Source: an uncultured Clostridia bacterium (lineage in GTDB: Bacteria > Bacillota > Clostridia > Christensenellales > Borkfalkiaceae). From it: 64,000 bases of DNA. Within the stretch, counting starts at the first letter, position 1. Each line of letters starts with the position of its first letter. The stretch lies in NCBI GenBank assembly GCA_947624215.1, contig CANQJJ010000006.1:3754-67753 (forward strand), given 5' to 3'. Shown here piece by piece: positions 33,497 through 44,500 of the stretch. The notes under the pieces are model-generated. The model saw nothing but the letters and a program-made list of their open reading frames with translations, did no database searches and was not told the origin of the DNA. The position numbers and the translations under genes were made by a program.

Positions 33497-34867
33497 TCAT
33501 TCCCTCATATATTTCTCGATATACGACGTGCGGATGCGTTTGAGTTCGCTTTTCGGCAGGATCTTCAAAAGTTTCCAGCCGAGGTCGAGGGTCTCCTCGA
33601 TGGTCCTGTCCGTCTCGAACCCCTGCGCGACGTATTCCTCCTCGAAGGCCTCTGCGAATTTGGCATAGAGCTTGTCGACGTCGGAGAGCGCCGCTTCGCC
33701 GAGGATGGCCGAGAGTTCCTTGCTCTCCTTCCCGCGGGCATATGCCGCGAAGAGCTGGTTCATGGTGTCGGCGTGGTCCTCACGCGTCTTGCCGTCGCCG
33801 ATGCCCTTGTCTTTGAGGCGGGAGAGGGAGGGAAGCACGTCGATGGGCGGGTTGATCCCCTTCTTATAGAGGTCGCGCGAGAGGATGATCTGTCCCTCGG
33901 TGATGTAGCCCGTGAGGTCGGGGATGGGGTGCGTCTTGTCGTCTTCGGGCATCGTGAGGATGGGGATCTGGGTGATGGAGCCCTTGCAGCCGCGGATCCT
34001 GCCCGCCCGCTCATAGAGGGAGGCGAGGTCGGTATAGAGGTAGCCGGGGTAGCCCCGCCGCCCGGGGATCTCCCGCCTTGCCGCGGAGACCTCACGGAGC
34101 GCTTCCGCATAGTTGGTGATGTCCGTCATGATGACGAGCACGTGCATGCCGCACTCGAAGGCGAGATACTCGGCACAGGTGAGGGCAATGCGCGGCGTGG
34201 CGATGCGCTCGACGGCGGGATCGTTCGCGAGGTTGGTAAAGAGCACCGTCCGTTCGATGGCGCCCGTGCGGCGGAAGTCGTCGATGAAATACTGCGCCTC
34301 CTCGAAGGTGATGCCGATGGCGGCAAACACGACGGCGAACGTGCTGCCGGAGCCCCTCACCTTTGCCTGCCGCGCGATCTGGGCGGCGAGCTCGGCGTGC
34401 GGAAGCCCGCTCATCGAGAAGACGGGGAGCTTTTGCCCGCGCACGAGCGTGTTGAGGCCGTCGATCGCGGAGACGCCCGTCTCGATGAACTCGTTGGGGT
34501 AGTCGCGCGCGGCGGGATTGATGGGCTCGCCGTTGATATCGAGCATCTTTTCGGGGATGACGGGGGCGCCGCCGTCGCGGGGGTTGCCCATGCCGTCGAA
34601 GACGCGGCCGAGCATATCCTTGGAGACGGCGAGCTGCTGCGCATGGCCCAAAAAGCGCGCCTTGGCCGTGGCAATCTGCAAGCCCTGTGCATTTTCAAAG
34701 AGCTGTACGACTGCCCTGTCGCGGTCGACTTCGAGCACCTTTCCCCGCCGCACTTCGCCGTTTTGGCACAAGATCTCGACGAGCTCGTTGTAAGTCACCC
34801 CTTCGACGCCCTCCACGAGCATCAAAGGGCCCACGACCTCGCGGATCGTCTTATATTCCTTATACAT
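33497..34867 (-). CDS. ntpB: V/A-type ATP synthase subunit B
   Basis: 456 aa with ...[15 protein letters not shown] and ...[22 protein letters not shown], typical of the non-catalytic B subunit. Confidence 0.97.
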   Translation of the reverse strand: MYKEYKTIREVVGPLMLVEGVEGVTYNELVEILCQNGEVRRGKVLEVDRDRAVVQLFENAQGLQIATAKARFLGHAQQLAVSKDMLGRVFDGMGNPRDGGAPVIPEKMLDINGEPINPAARDYPNEFIETGVSAIDGLNTLVRGQKLPVFSMSGLPHAELAAQIARQAKVRGSGSTFAVVFAAIGITFEEAQYFIDDFRRTGAIERTVLFTNLANDPAVERIATPRIALTCAEYLAFECGMHVLVIMTDITNYAEALREVSAARREIPGRRGYPGYLYTDLASLYERAGRIRGCKGSITQIPILTMPEDDKTHPIPDLTGYITEGQIILSRDLYKKGINPPIDVLPSLSRLKDKGIGDGKTREDHADTMNQLFAAYARGKESKELSAILGEAALSDVDKLYAKFAEAFEEEYVAQGFETDRTIEETLDLGWKLLKILPKSELKRIRTSYIEKYMRE

Positions 34868-36641
34868 CGCTCTCTCCTCCCTCGGCGAGCGCCTTGATCT
34901 CCGCGCTCATCTCGCCGATGAGTTCGTCGAAGGCGGCAAGATCGCTCTCCTCGATATATTTCGCCCGCCCGATCTTCTCCATGAAGGGGCATTTCAGAAT
35001 GTCGTCGAGGGCGACAAACCTCTCCACGGCCTCCCCGGCGAGGGTATAGAACTGATAGATGGTGAGCAGCATCTGAAGCTGTTTGCGCAGGGAAGTGTAG
35101 GTGTCCACCTCGTGGAAGGCGTTCTGGTGCAAGTAGTCCTCGCGGATCATCTTGGCCGTCTCCATGATGAGGCGGTCGTGCGAGGAGAGGGCGTCCATGC
35201 CGACGAGACGGACGATCTCATCGAGCGCGGCCTCCTCCTGCAAAGTCGTCATGGCGAATTGGCGGTATTTGAAGAAGCCCTTGCCGACGTTCCTGTCGTA
35301 CCACCCCTTCATCCTGTCTGCATAGAGCGAATAGCTGATGAGCCAGTCGATGGCGGGGAAGTGCCGCTTGTAGGCAAGGGAGGCGGAAAGCCCCCAGAAC
35401 ACTTTGACGATGCGCAGCGTGGCCTGCGAGACGGGCTCGGAGAGGTCCCCGCCGGGAGGGGAAACGGCGCCGATCGCGGTGACCGACCCCACCCTTTCGT
35501 CGCTCCCGAGCAGTTTCACATAGCCCGCGCGCTCATAGAACTCGGCGAGACGGCTGGCAAGGTAGGCGGGATAGCCCTCGTCGCCCGGCATCTCCTCGAG
35601 ACGGCCGCTCATTTCGCGCAGTGCCTCGGCCCAGCGGGAGGTGGAATCGGCCATGATCGCGACGTTGTAGCCCATGTCGCGGTAGTACTCGGCGATCGTG
35701 ATGCCCGTATAGATGGAGGCCTCGCGCGCCGCCACGGGCATATCCGAGGTATTGGCGATGAGCACCGTGCGCTTCATCAATGGCTCCCCCGTCTTGGGGT
35801 CCTTGAGGGCGGGGAATTCGTTGAGGACGTCCGTCATCTCGTTGCCGCGCTCCCCGCAGCCGACGTAGACGATGATGTCCGCGTCTGCCCACTTGGCGAG
35901 CTGGTGCTGGACGACCGTCTTGCCGCTCCCGAAGGGCCCTGGCACGGCCGCGACCCCCCCGCGGGCAATGGGAAAGAGCGTGTCGATGACGCGCTGGCCC
36001 GTCACCATGGGGCGGTCGGGGGAGAACTTCTCGCGGTACGGCCTCCCCTTGCGGACAGGCCACTTGCGGAGCATGCAGACCTGCTCCTCCCCCCTCTCCG
36101 TCTTGATGCGGGCGACGGGGTCTTCGATCGTGAAATCGCCCTCCGAGATCGAGATGATCCTGCCCTCCATGCCGTTGGGGACGAGGACGCGGTGCTCGAC
36201 GATCTCCGTCTCCTGCACGACGCCGAGAATGTCTCCCTCGCGGACATGGTCCCCCGCTTTGAGCTTGGGCGTGAAGTGCCACTTCTTATCGCGGCTCAGC
36301 GAATTGACGGCGACGCCGCGCGAGATGCGGTTGCCGTATTTGAAACTGAGCGTCGTGAGCGGGCGCTGGATGCCGTCGAAAATGCCCGTGAGAAGCCCGG
36401 GCGCGAGCTCCACCGAGAGCGGCTCGCCCGTGGAGACGACGTCTTCCCCCGGCCCCAAGCCCGAGGTCTCCTCATAGACCTGAATGGACGCCTTGTCGCC
36501 GCGGAGCTCGATGATCTCGCCGACGAGATCCAGCTTCGAGACGTGGACGACGTCGTAGAGCTTGGCGTCTGCCATGTTCTCGGCGACGATGAGCGGCCCG
36601 GAAATTTTTACCGTTTTACCAACATTACCAACCATATCCAT
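34860..36641 (-). CDS. ntpA: V/A-type ATP synthase catalytic subunit A
   Basis: 593 aa. Walker [10 protein letters not shown]. The motifs [11 protein letters not shown] and [22 protein letters not shown]. Confidence 0.97.
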   Translation of the reverse strand: MDMVGNVGKTVKISGPLIVAENMADAKLYDVVHVSKLDLVGEIIELRGDKASIQVYEETSGLGPGEDVVSTGEPLSVELAPGLLTGIFDGIQRPLTTLSFKYGNRISRGVAVNSLSRDKKWHFTPKLKAGDHVREGDILGVVQETEIVEHRVLVPNGMEGRIISISEGDFTIEDPVARIKTERGEEQVCMLRKWPVRKGRPYREKFSPDRPMVTGQRVIDTLFPIARGGVAAVPGPFGSGKTVVQHQLAKWADADIIVYVGCGERGNEMTDVLNEFPALKDPKTGEPLMKRTVLIANTSDMPVAAREASIYTGITIAEYYRDMGYNVAIMADSTSRWAEALREMSGRLEEMPGDEGYPAYLASRLAEFYERAGYVKLLGSDERVGSVTAIGAVSPPGGDLSEPVSQATLRIVKVFWGLSASLAYKRHFPAIDWLISYSLYADRMKGWYDRNVGKGFFKYRQFAMTTLQEEAALDEIVRLVGMDALSSHDRLIMETAKMIREDYLHQNAFHEVDTYTSLRKQLQMLLTIYQFYTLAGEAVERFVALDDILKCPFMEKIGRAKYIEESDLAAFDELIGEMSAEIKALAEGGESDV

Positions 36642-36664
36642 CCTTCTTATGATAAGCGACTTCT

Positions 36665-36982
36665 CTATTTTTGGAACAGGATGTCCACGCCGAGGGCGCG
36701 CTCCATGGAAGTCTTCAAAAATGCCTCGCCGTAGCCCGTCTCTTTGCCCGCGGGAATGGGCAGCACGACGGGATAGGCCTCCTCGTCGAACCGTTTGAGA
36801 AGGTCTTGGAGGGGCCCCGCGTATTCCTCCGAGAGGAAGACGACGGGATAGTCGTGCGCCACCCTGCGGAGGGTCTCCCGCGCACTCTTTTCATCCGCGG
36901 CGGCAAAGGCGTCCACCCCTGCGGCCTTGAATACCGTAATCGTCTCGGACGGGCCGACGACTGCCATCTTTCCCTGCATCAT
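36665..36982 (-). CDS. ntpF: V/A-type ATP synthase subunit F
   Basis: 105 aa, [21 protein letters not shown].... Its size and its position between C and A match subunit F. Confidence 0.85.
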   Translation of the reverse strand: MMQGKMAVVGPSETITVFKAAGVDAFAAADEKSARETLRRVAHDYPVVFLSEEYAGPLQDLLKRFDEEAYPVVLPIPAGKETGYGEAFLKTSMERALGVDILFQK

Positions 36983-37872
36983 TTCACCCCCGTAAGCCGT
37001 TTCTCGATCTCCTTAGGGGGAACGCCCGCCCTGAGCGAGACGAGGATCATGCGCACATTCCGGATCTCCGCGCGGCGGCGGAAGACATAGTAGAGGAAGG
37101 GCTCCCGCCCGTCCAGCCCGAAACGGCGCCCGAAATAGCTCTGCTCCTCGAAGCTCTCGAGGATGCGCTCCGCCCCGGTGTAGGGCGGTTTCCCTGCGGC
37201 AAGGCAGGCATTGTAGAAGGCGCGGTAGGGCGTCCCGTCGAAAGCGTGCTCCGATTTTTCCCCTTCTCCGGGGAGCGGAAACTGCTCCTTTTTCAGCGTC
37301 CCGCCCGCGAGGAAGAGCTCATCCGTGGCACCCATGTCTTGAACACGGCATGCAGTGAGGATGTTTGTCATGTCCACGCGCATCCGCAGAAGTTTTTTGA
37401 GGTCTCCCCTTTTTGCACACACGCGGAAGAGGTAGGCATACATCGCCCCGTCGAAGGCGGCGCCGATCTCCGCACCCGCCGCGTCCTCTCTCACGCGGGG
37501 CACGGGCGGCTTGTTTTGCGCGAGCATCTCCCTGAGCTCCCCCTCTTCCCACAGCCCCCAAGGTGCGAGCATGGGGGCGGGATCTACGCCCAACCGTTGC
37601 GCTTTGTAGAGGGCTTTGAGGTTATGAAAGTCGCGCGGGGCGAGAAAATACGCCCTGTCTGCCTGCGTGGGCGCGTATTCGCGGATGAACGCGTCGAGCG
37701 CTCTCTCCTCGGCGAGGACGGGGTCTTCGCTGCCCGTGCCGAATCCGCTCTCCGAGAGCGCGCGGAGGACTTCCCCCTCCGTCATATCCGGAAAGCGCAG
37801 GAGCTTTTCACCCAAGAGCTGCCCCTCTTTTACGGCGATCACGCCGTTTGTATACACCGTGCCGTATCCCAT
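36979..37872 (-). CDS. ntpC: V/A-type ATP synthase subunit C (d-type)
   Basis: A 297-aa helical protein between E and F. Its C-terminus ...FYYVFRRRAEIRNVRMIL... is typical of subunit C. Confidence 0.8.
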   Translation of the reverse strand: MGYGTVYTNGVIAVKEGQLLGEKLLRFPDMTEGEVLRALSESGFGTGSEDPVLAEERALDAFIREYAPTQADRAYFLAPRDFHNLKALYKAQRLGVDPAPMLAPWGLWEEGELREMLAQNKPPVPRVREDAAGAEIGAAFDGAMYAYLFRVCAKRGDLKKLLRMRVDMTNILTACRVQDMGATDELFLAGGTLKKEQFPLPGEGEKSEHAFDGTPYRAFYNACLAAGKPPYTGAERILESFEEQSYFGRRFGLDGREPFLYYVFRRRAEIRNVRMILVSLRAGVPPKEIEKRLTGVK

Positions 37873-38448
37873 TCAGTGGTCTCCGAAGAGCGCGAGCGCG
37901 ATCTCTGCCTGATGCGCCTCCCTGTCTGCCGCGAGCAGGGCGGGGTAGGTCACATCCTTGTCGGAATTTGTTCCGCGGAGCAAAAAGCCCCCACCCATGT
38001 CCGGATGTTCCGCGCTCACAGTGAGTTTTCTCTCTTTGACGACGGGGAGATCCGCCACCTCCTCACAGCAGGAAAATCCCGCGGAGAAGACGATCTCATC
38101 CCCCTCTTCCGCGTTCTCGCAGAGCAGCCGTTCGGCGAGCGAGAGCGTGTCGTGTGCGTCGAGGCACAGAAGGGCCGCGAGGGCGCGCGTGTAGACGGCG
38201 TCGATGACCTTTCTCCTCCCCGCAAGGCGGATCTTGGCCCCGTCGAGCCTTGCCAGCGCCGCTTTTCCCTCACGGATACGCATGCCCTGCGCCTCCGCCT
38301 CGTTCTCCGACCCGACGCGCTCCTTCTCGCATTGCCTGCGGGCGGCTTCGAGGATCTCCTCCGCACGGGCCTTGGCGGCCTGCACGGTCTCCCCTGCCTC
38401 CCGCTCCGCATCCGAGAGAATGCGTTCAACGACTTCGTCCCTTCCCAT
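37873..38448 (-). CDS. ntpE: V/A-type ATP synthase subunit E
   Basis: 191 aa. Coiled-coil N-terminus ILSDAEREAGETVQAAKARAEEILEAARRQ, globular C-terminus. Position after K. Confidence 0.85.
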   Translation of the reverse strand: MGRDEVVERILSDAEREAGETVQAAKARAEEILEAARRQCEKERVGSENEAEAQGMRIREGKAALARLDGAKIRLAGRRKVIDAVYTRALAALLCLDAHDTLSLAERLLCENAEEGDEIVFSAGFSCCEEVADLPVVKERKLTVSAEHPDMGGGFLLRGTNSDKDVTYPALLAADREAHQAEIALALFGDH

Positions 38449-38451
38449 AGC

Positions 38452-38922
38452 TCAGATCCTGATGACGAGGAGCAGGGAGATGACGAGGCCGAGGAGGGCA
38501 TAGAACTCGATCATCGCGGGACCCATGGCCACTTTGAAGCCGAGGTCCTGCTTGGCCGCCGCATAGATGCAGTTGACGGCCGCCTTCGCCTGGAAGAACG
38601 CCGAGACGAAGCCCGAGATCGCCATGGGCAGGCACGCCGCAAAGACAGACCACCCCTGCGCGAGAGCCTGCGAGGCTTCGGTCACCTCCAAGAGCACGCC
38701 GAGCTTGTTCACGGCGAGAATTGCGATGAGGAAACCGTAGAGCCCCTGCGTGGCGGGGAGCAGCATGAGGATGATGAGCTTGCCGAACTTCTTCGGGTTT
38801 TCGCCGAGGACGCCCGCGGTGGCGCTCGCCGTCTTGTAGAGGCCGAGCCCGGACCCCACACCGCACAGGACCACGCACAGCGCGATCCCGATGATGGCGA
38901 TCACATAACCGGTTGAATACAT
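38452..38922 (-). CDS. ntpK: V/A-type ATP synthase proteolipid subunit K (double-hairpin c subunit)
   Basis: 156 aa with four hydrophobic helices. Motifs LLPATQGLYGF, FFQAKAAV and AMIEFYALLGLVIS. Confidence 0.92.
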   Translation of the reverse strand: MYSTGYVIAIIGIALCVVLCGVGSGLGLYKTASATAGVLGENPKKFGKLIILMLLPATQGLYGFLIAILAVNKLGVLLEVTEASQALAQGWSVFAACLPMAISGFVSAFFQAKAAVNCIYAAAKQDLGFKVAMGPAMIEFYALLGLVISLLLVIRI

Positions 38923-38949
38923 GATGAGAAACCTCCGTAAATTTTATCG

Positions 38950-40905
38950 TTAAGCCGCTCTTTCGTGCGGCGTTTCCGCCGATCTTTCCAATGAGATATA
39001 TTTTGCATGCGAGCCGAGCGGTTCGAAGAGCCGTCCCTCGCCTTCATAAAACCTGCCGAAGAACTCCACATATTGCAGGCGCGCCGTGTGGATGTAGGCG
39101 CCGAGCAGGCTGATCGCGAGGTTGAAGACGTGCCCCACGACCATGAGCACCGCCCCGAGCACAATGAGCACCGAGCCCGAGGCAAGAAATTGCAGGGAGT
39201 AATCGGAGATGACCTGCGCGATGACCGCGCCCGTGAGCATGAGCCCGTAGAGGCGGATGTAGCTCAGAACGTCGGTGAAGTAGTTGATGAGGCCGTAGAG
39301 CGAGCCGAAACCCTTGGTGATCTTCCCGAGCACTCTCTCGTGCCGCCCCGCCGTGAAGACGGCAACGAGCAGCGAGACGCCCGCCGTGACCCCGCCGACA
39401 GCCGTGAGCGCGGGAGCCGAGAATTCCTCCGTGAGCCCCACGACGGCGAGAAAGGCGCCGAGGGAGAAGACGGCCCAGACCAAGCCCTCGAACACGCCGT
39501 CCCACGGCCGCTTATGGTGCACGCATTGGGCAAATTTGCACAGATACCCCGCGCACAGCTGAAAGATGCCGAGCAGCAGCGCGATGATGAGCACGGCGGG
39601 AAGTTGTATCCCCGCGAGGGTATACATGGCCGTCTGCGCGTCGGGCATGACCGTGAAGGGCAGAACGCGTTCGCCGAAGAGGGAGTTGAACAGGATGCCC
39701 CACAAAAAGGCAAATGCCCCGCCGATGCCGAACACGCCGCCGAGGCTCGCCATGTCTCCCTTTTTCTTCTTCCAAATGAAAAAGCCGCCGAGCATCATCA
39801 TGAGCCCGTAGCCCATGTCCGCCATGATGAAGCCCAAAAACAGGCTGTAAAAGAAGGACATGACGGCGTTGGGGTCGAGCTCCCTTGCGTTCGGCACGGA
39901 ATACATGTTGGTGACCGTCTCAAAATTGGAGACAAGTTTGTTGTTGCGCGTGAGGGTGGGAACGAACTCATCCTCCGCGGGGTCGGAAAATTCGTAAAAG
40001 AGGGGGATATCGAGGGCGTCGAGGGCCTTTTTTACCCCCTCCTCGCCGTCTGCGGGCACGAATGCCTCCATGAAGACGGCGTGCGCGGTGGCCTGCATCT
40101 TGGCGGACGCCTCGGCCTTTTCGAGCTCGAAGCCCACGTAGTCGCAGTAGATCTTGAGCGGGCGGAGTTCCGAAAAGAGCGCGGCAAGCGCCTCTCCGGC
40201 GGCCCGTCCCCTTTCGGCCTGTGCGGCGCATTCCCCCTCGAGGGAAGCGAGAAGTTCGGCGCCCGTCCGGTCCCCCGTATAGGGGCACGAGGAAAAGGAC
40301 GCACCCGAAAGAAGCGACTCGAACTCCTGCAAGCCGCTCTTGTGGCAGACAGCAAAAAGCAACACCCCGTCCGCGGACATGGTGGCCTCGTAAGCGGTCA
40401 AAGGCATGGAATCAAGCTGTTTTTGCAGGCCATCCCACGCGGGAACGGGCACAATGCCGAACCGCACCGCCGTATTCTTGGTGTCACGGCATTGGGAGAA
40501 CCTGACCGCGGACACGGTATAGGGCTGCACTGCGGAGATCTCGCGCGTGAGCCTTGCGACTTCGCCGTCGGCGGCAGTCTTCTCCTCGGTGAGACGCGCG
40601 GTCTCGCGGATGAGCTCCTCTGCGCGCGGGCGGAAGTCTTTGGCGGCGACAAACTCCGAATAGGCGACATCGAAGCCGTCTTGAAGCCCTTCGGCCTGTT
40701 TCTCCGCGGGGGCATGGGAGAGAATGATCCCGAGCGCGGCCTCCAGCGAGGCGAGGTAGGAAGAGAGCTCCTCCCCGCCGGGGGTGCACAGCGGGGAGAC
40801 CTCCGTCTCGGCATGCTCCTTGATCTCGGCGGCACGGGTGCGCTCGAGGGCGTTCAATACCTTGTCGCGGTCGTAGGAGAGCGATGCAAGATGCAGTTTT
40901 CGCAT
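38950..40905 (-). CDS. ntpI: V/A-type ATP synthase subunit I (a-type stator/channel subunit)
   Basis: ORF 38950..41082 trimmed to the ATG at 40905 (MRKLHLASLSYDRDKVLNALE...). The upstream 59 codons are Arg-rich and overlap ntpG. The C-terminal half has multiple TM helices and ends ...YIHTARLQYVEFFGRFYEGEG. Confidence 0.9.
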   Translation of the reverse strand: MRKLHLASLSYDRDKVLNALERTRAAEIKEHAETEVSPLCTPGGEELSSYLASLEAALGIILSHAPAEKQAEGLQDGFDVAYSEFVAAKDFRPRAEELIRETARLTEEKTAADGEVARLTREISAVQPYTVSAVRFSQCRDTKNTAVRFGIVPVPAWDGLQKQLDSMPLTAYEATMSADGVLLFAVCHKSGLQEFESLLSGASFSSCPYTGDRTGAELLASLEGECAAQAERGRAAGEALAALFSELRPLKIYCDYVGFELEKAEASAKMQATAHAVFMEAFVPADGEEGVKKALDALDIPLFYEFSDPAEDEFVPTLTRNNKLVSNFETVTNMYSVPNARELDPNAVMSFFYSLFLGFIMADMGYGLMMMLGGFFIWKKKKGDMASLGGVFGIGGAFAFLWGILFNSLFGERVLPFTVMPDAQTAMYTLAGIQLPAVLIIALLLGIFQLCAGYLCKFAQCVHHKRPWDGVFEGLVWAVFSLGAFLAVVGLTEEFSAPALTAVGGVTAGVSLLVAVFTAGRHERVLGKITKGFGSLYGLINYFTDVLSYIRLYGLMLTGAVIAQVISDYSLQFLASGSVLIVLGAVLMVVGHVFNLAISLLGAYIHTARLQYVEFFGRFYEGEGRLFEPLGSHAKYISLERSAETPHERAA

Positions 40906-40913
40906 CGCAACGA

Positions 40914-41225
40914 TCACTTCAAGATCCTCCCCACGACGGCCAAAACGTGCGGCCCGATCTTTTCTATGCAGCTCTCCGCGTAGACGGCGGCCTCCTTTTG
41001 CACGGCCTCGATCGCGACATGGTATGCCTCTTCGGCGTCTGAATGTGCTTTCTTTACGATCTCCTCCGCGTGCTGAGCGCATGCGGACTCAGAGGCCTTG
41101 GTGAGCTCCATTGCCCTCTTTTCGGCCTCCAAAATGATCGCGGCGGCCTCGGCCTCCGCCTGTTTTTGCATTTCCGCCGCCTGCGCCTCGGCGTTCATGA
41201 CGGCAGTGATGATGTCAACTTCCAT
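40914..41225 (-). CDS. ntpG: V/A-type ATP synthase subunit G/H-like (small coiled-coil stator subunit)
   Basis: A 103-aa Ala/Glu-rich helical protein, first gene of the operon. This matches the G-I-K(L)-E-C-F-A-B-D order known from bacterial A/V-ATPases such as Thermus. Confidence 0.7.
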   Translation of the reverse strand: MEVDIITAVMNAEAQAAEMQKQAEAEAAAIILEAEKRAMELTKASESACAQHAEEIVKKAHSDAEEAYHVAIEAVQKEAAVYAESCIEKIGPHVLAVVGRILK

Positions 41226-41263
41226 TGCATCCGCCCCGCATCGTGTACTTTGTTTCTCCTATT

Positions 41264-41293
41264 ATTGTACCCCATTTTGGGAGATTTTGTCAA
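41264..41293 (-). promoter_or_regulatory. SigmaA-type promoter, TTGACA-18 nt-TACAAT (minus strand), for the V-ATPase operon
   Basis: Plus strand shows attgta at 41264-41269 and tgtcaa at 41288-41293. It lies about 40 nt upstream of the ntpG ATG. Confidence 0.65.
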
Positions 41294-41339
41294 GAGAAAT
41301 CGTGATATTGAAGAGGGATTTCAGATTTGTTCACACGGG

Positions 41340-41465
41340 CCTCATCCGCCCCTTACGGGCACCTTCCCCATGGGGGAAGGCAAGGAATAGGACTTCGTAC
41401 CTGCTCCGTCGCCGCCGCCTCCTCATCCGCCCTGCGGGCACCTTCCCCAGAGGGGAAGGCAAGGG
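41340..41465. repeat. Two direct copies of a ~45-bp element, each with a ccttcccc-NNN-ggggaagg hairpin
   Basis: cctcatccgccccttacgggcaccttccccatgggggaaggcaagg at 41340-41385, and cctcatccgccctgcgggcaccttccccagaggggaaggcaagg at 41421-41465. Confidence 0.9.
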
Positions 41466-41471
41466 GGCGCT

Positions 41472-41503
41472 CAAAAAATATCCCCCGCTTAGGGCGGGGG
41501 ATA
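41472..41503 (-). terminator. Intrinsic terminator after the 1201-aa lipoprotein gene
   Basis: A 10-bp stem, tatcccccgc (41479-41488) with gcgggggata (41494-41503). An A-run at 41473-41478 gives a U-tract on the minus strand. It starts 20 nt after the stop at 41523. Confidence 0.75.
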
Positions 41504-41522
41504 CCGTTTGTTTTCATGCCGC

Positions 41523-44500
41523 TCAGGCCTGCAGTTCCTCGGCGTTCTTGGCGAGATAGGCCGCAAATTCCCTTTCATACTGGACGAAACGGATCGCGAA
41601 ATTTTTCAGATCTGCATCGCTATCCCAAATCGCATTGCCTTCCTCCGTCGGAAGCACCCTGGAGAACATGAAGCGAAATCCGTGGAGCTGTTCGAGCAAG
41701 GCGGCCTTCTCGTCATCGGTCTCGGTATCGAATTTGGTGAAATCCCACTTCGTCCCGTCTTTGCCGTCGATCTTGCATTCTCCGATTTGATCGTAGAGCG
41801 CTTGGCCTGCCTGTTTGATGACGTCTTTGAGCGCGGTCGCGACGGTCTTTTCCGTTTCGCCTTTGATGAGTTCATTGTCCAGCTCGGTGAGAGCGGTGAC
41901 TTTTTTGTCAAGTGCTGTTTGTTCGGCTTCTGCGAGCCAAGTCGGCTTCAAATCGGACACCCACGTATTTCCCCACGCCATCGTGGTACCATTGTACAGA
42001 TTGGACGTCCAAAAATCGTTGCCGTTGTACAAGGCGTAAGCGGCGGAGAGCTTCTTCATTGTTTTAAGAAGGTCTTCGATCTTCGCCTCTTTGCCCTGCT
42101 CGATCAGCTTTTCCAACTCGCCTTTGACCGTTTCGTACTCCGCCGTCGCCTCGTCGATGTTCTTTTCATAGATCGTTGCGACATAGTCTTGATAGTTCGT
42201 GACGAGCTTCTGATTCTTTGCGGTGAGTTTGTCGTAGGCCGGCTTGAAGTCTTTTACGATCTCGGTGAGCGCTTCGGTGAGGTCGTCGTGCGTCGTCGCG
42301 GTTTCATATTTCGCCTTGCTCGCCGCGATCTTGTCAATCAGCTGCAGTACAAGCGGATTCTCGTGCGTATCGCGGGCGGTCTCGTATGCCGTGATGCGGG
42401 TCTCCCCGATGTAGGTTTTCATTCCGACGCTGTCTTTGACGGCGGGGATGTCGACGCCGAGATCATATTGGTGGGACGTATCGGCTTTGTCGTACAGGCT
42501 GTTGATCGCATCCCAATTTTCGAATCCCTTGTAGTCGTCATCTTCGGGCAGCAGCGCTTTGAACGCCTCCGCGCGCGCAAGGTACAGCTCATAGATGACG
42601 TGCAGCTTGGAATAGGTTTCGCCGTTATACGATGTATCCGCCATATAGGAGGCGTTGGAGACGAGCGTCTGCACGTTGGCGGGGAACGCATCGAACTCCT
42701 CTTTGAGGGCGTCTACCGCCGGAATGTATTCTTCGGTGAGGGCAACGTTCTCGATGTACGGTTGAAGTTTTTTCGCAAAGGCGTCGGCCGTCTCGTTGTC
42801 TTTTGCGTTCTGTGCGAGCAGCGCGTCTGCCGTCTCTTTGCAAGCCGAAAGGGCGGTTTGCTGTTCGGGCGTAAGGGGATCCCGATCGGTGAAGGTCAGC
42901 GCGAGGAGACGTCTTTCGGAATAATCCTCATTATCGTCATACTGGGGAATGCCTTTGATCGCAAAGTCGAACATCACTTTGCCGTCGTCGTTCGTGCCGA
43001 GGAAGAACTCAAGATTGGTGATTTGGGCGCCGATCATACTCTGAATGAGCGCGCCGGCAATGGGGCCCATCAAGTCGCCGGCAGATTGCGCGACATAGTC
43101 TGCCGCCGTTTGGACAAGTTGTCCGTATGCCGCATTCACGGCCTCCACAATGGGAGCCCCCAACGCGAAGAGGACGCCGTTTGCCTTCTTTTCAAAACGA
43201 AACTCGGAGAGCAACATTGCGGCCCCGTTTGCGGGAAGCGCGGGCATTTGCACGGTTTTGAGGTCTATCTGCGTGACGAAGAGGGGATCTTGTTCCATGT
43301 TGTTGAGCGCCAGCGTCAAAACGCCGTCGCCCGCGTAGTAGACGTCGAGGCTGTTCAGAGCGGGACCGACAAACGGGGGCAAACTTCCCGCGGGTGCAAA
43401 TCCACCGACCATCTGCAAAATGATGGAGGCGGGCGTAAGGCCGAGGTGCAGGTGCCCGAGCGCGATCGCGTAGTTGTCTGCCCACAGGGCGGCAGGGTTG
43501 AGGCGAAGCTCAAGATCGCCCGCGAACGAACCCATCAGCATCTGAGAGAGGGGCAGGCCGATTTCGATGTCGAAACCGATCGCCTCGCCCGTTCTCTCTG
43601 CGGGCGTACTGTCGAGGGCGGCGGAAAGACCCGTGATGGTCTCCTTGCCCTCCGCCGTCGCCGTGGCGAGTTCGAGTTTGAGGCCGTCGAACGTGAGGTC
43701 GAGGAGGGAGGGAAGGAAGTCGCCGAGCGTCGTCTTGAGGCTCTCGAGGAGACCCGCATAGGCCGCGTTGAGCTTTTCGAGGGCGGCGGCTTTGAGGGTG
43801 ACGGTGTAGCCCGCCTCCGTCTTTTCAAAGGTGACGAACGCATTCAAAGTCTCTTTGAGCTGTTCGGGCTGAAGGGCGTCTCCCTGCGGAAGACGGTCTT
43901 TGAGGTCAATGGGGTAGCTCAGGACCTTGCTCGTCGCCGTCTCCGTCTTGTTCTCGAGCGTGAGAAGCAGCACGCCGTCTCCCACATAGCGGAGGGAGAG
44001 CGCGTTTGCAAGGCCCGAGAGAAGGGGGATCTCGGAGAGGCCGAGGTCGAGGCGGAGCGTGAAGGCATTGAGATAGTCGCCGCTCGCAAGCCCGGCCTGT
44101 TTGAGGGCGAGCGAAAGGTTGCCTTGGAGCGTCTTTACGCCTTCCGCAACGCCGAGCTTCACGGAGACGGGAAGGGCGAGCTCGCTCTTTTCATCGAGCG
44201 TGTTGCCGAACGCGGAGAGCATCTGCATGGCGGGATCTTGCTCCGTGACCTGTTCGATCTCCGAGGGCGTCGAGCCGATCATGCTGTTGAACGCGTCAAC
44301 GTCGGGGATCGCGACGGCTTCGTTGACCGAAGAATAGGTGCAGGTGATGTTCTGCTCAACGCTCATGTTGAACACCTTTTTGGCGTCGTAGGAGCACGAA
44401 GAGGTGTAGGAGACGGGCGTCCAATCCTTTTTGACGGTGAGGTGGATGTCCACGTCGGAGTAGGCGGGCAGATTGTCGAGGGAGCCGTATGCCTTGGACT

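Noticed and set aside
40906-41082. 59-codon N-terminal extension of ntpI in the ORF track
   Set aside because: The Arg-rich extension overlaps ntpG. The internal ATG at 40905 gives the canonical MRKL...SL..D.. subunit I N-terminus, 9 nt after the ntpG stop.
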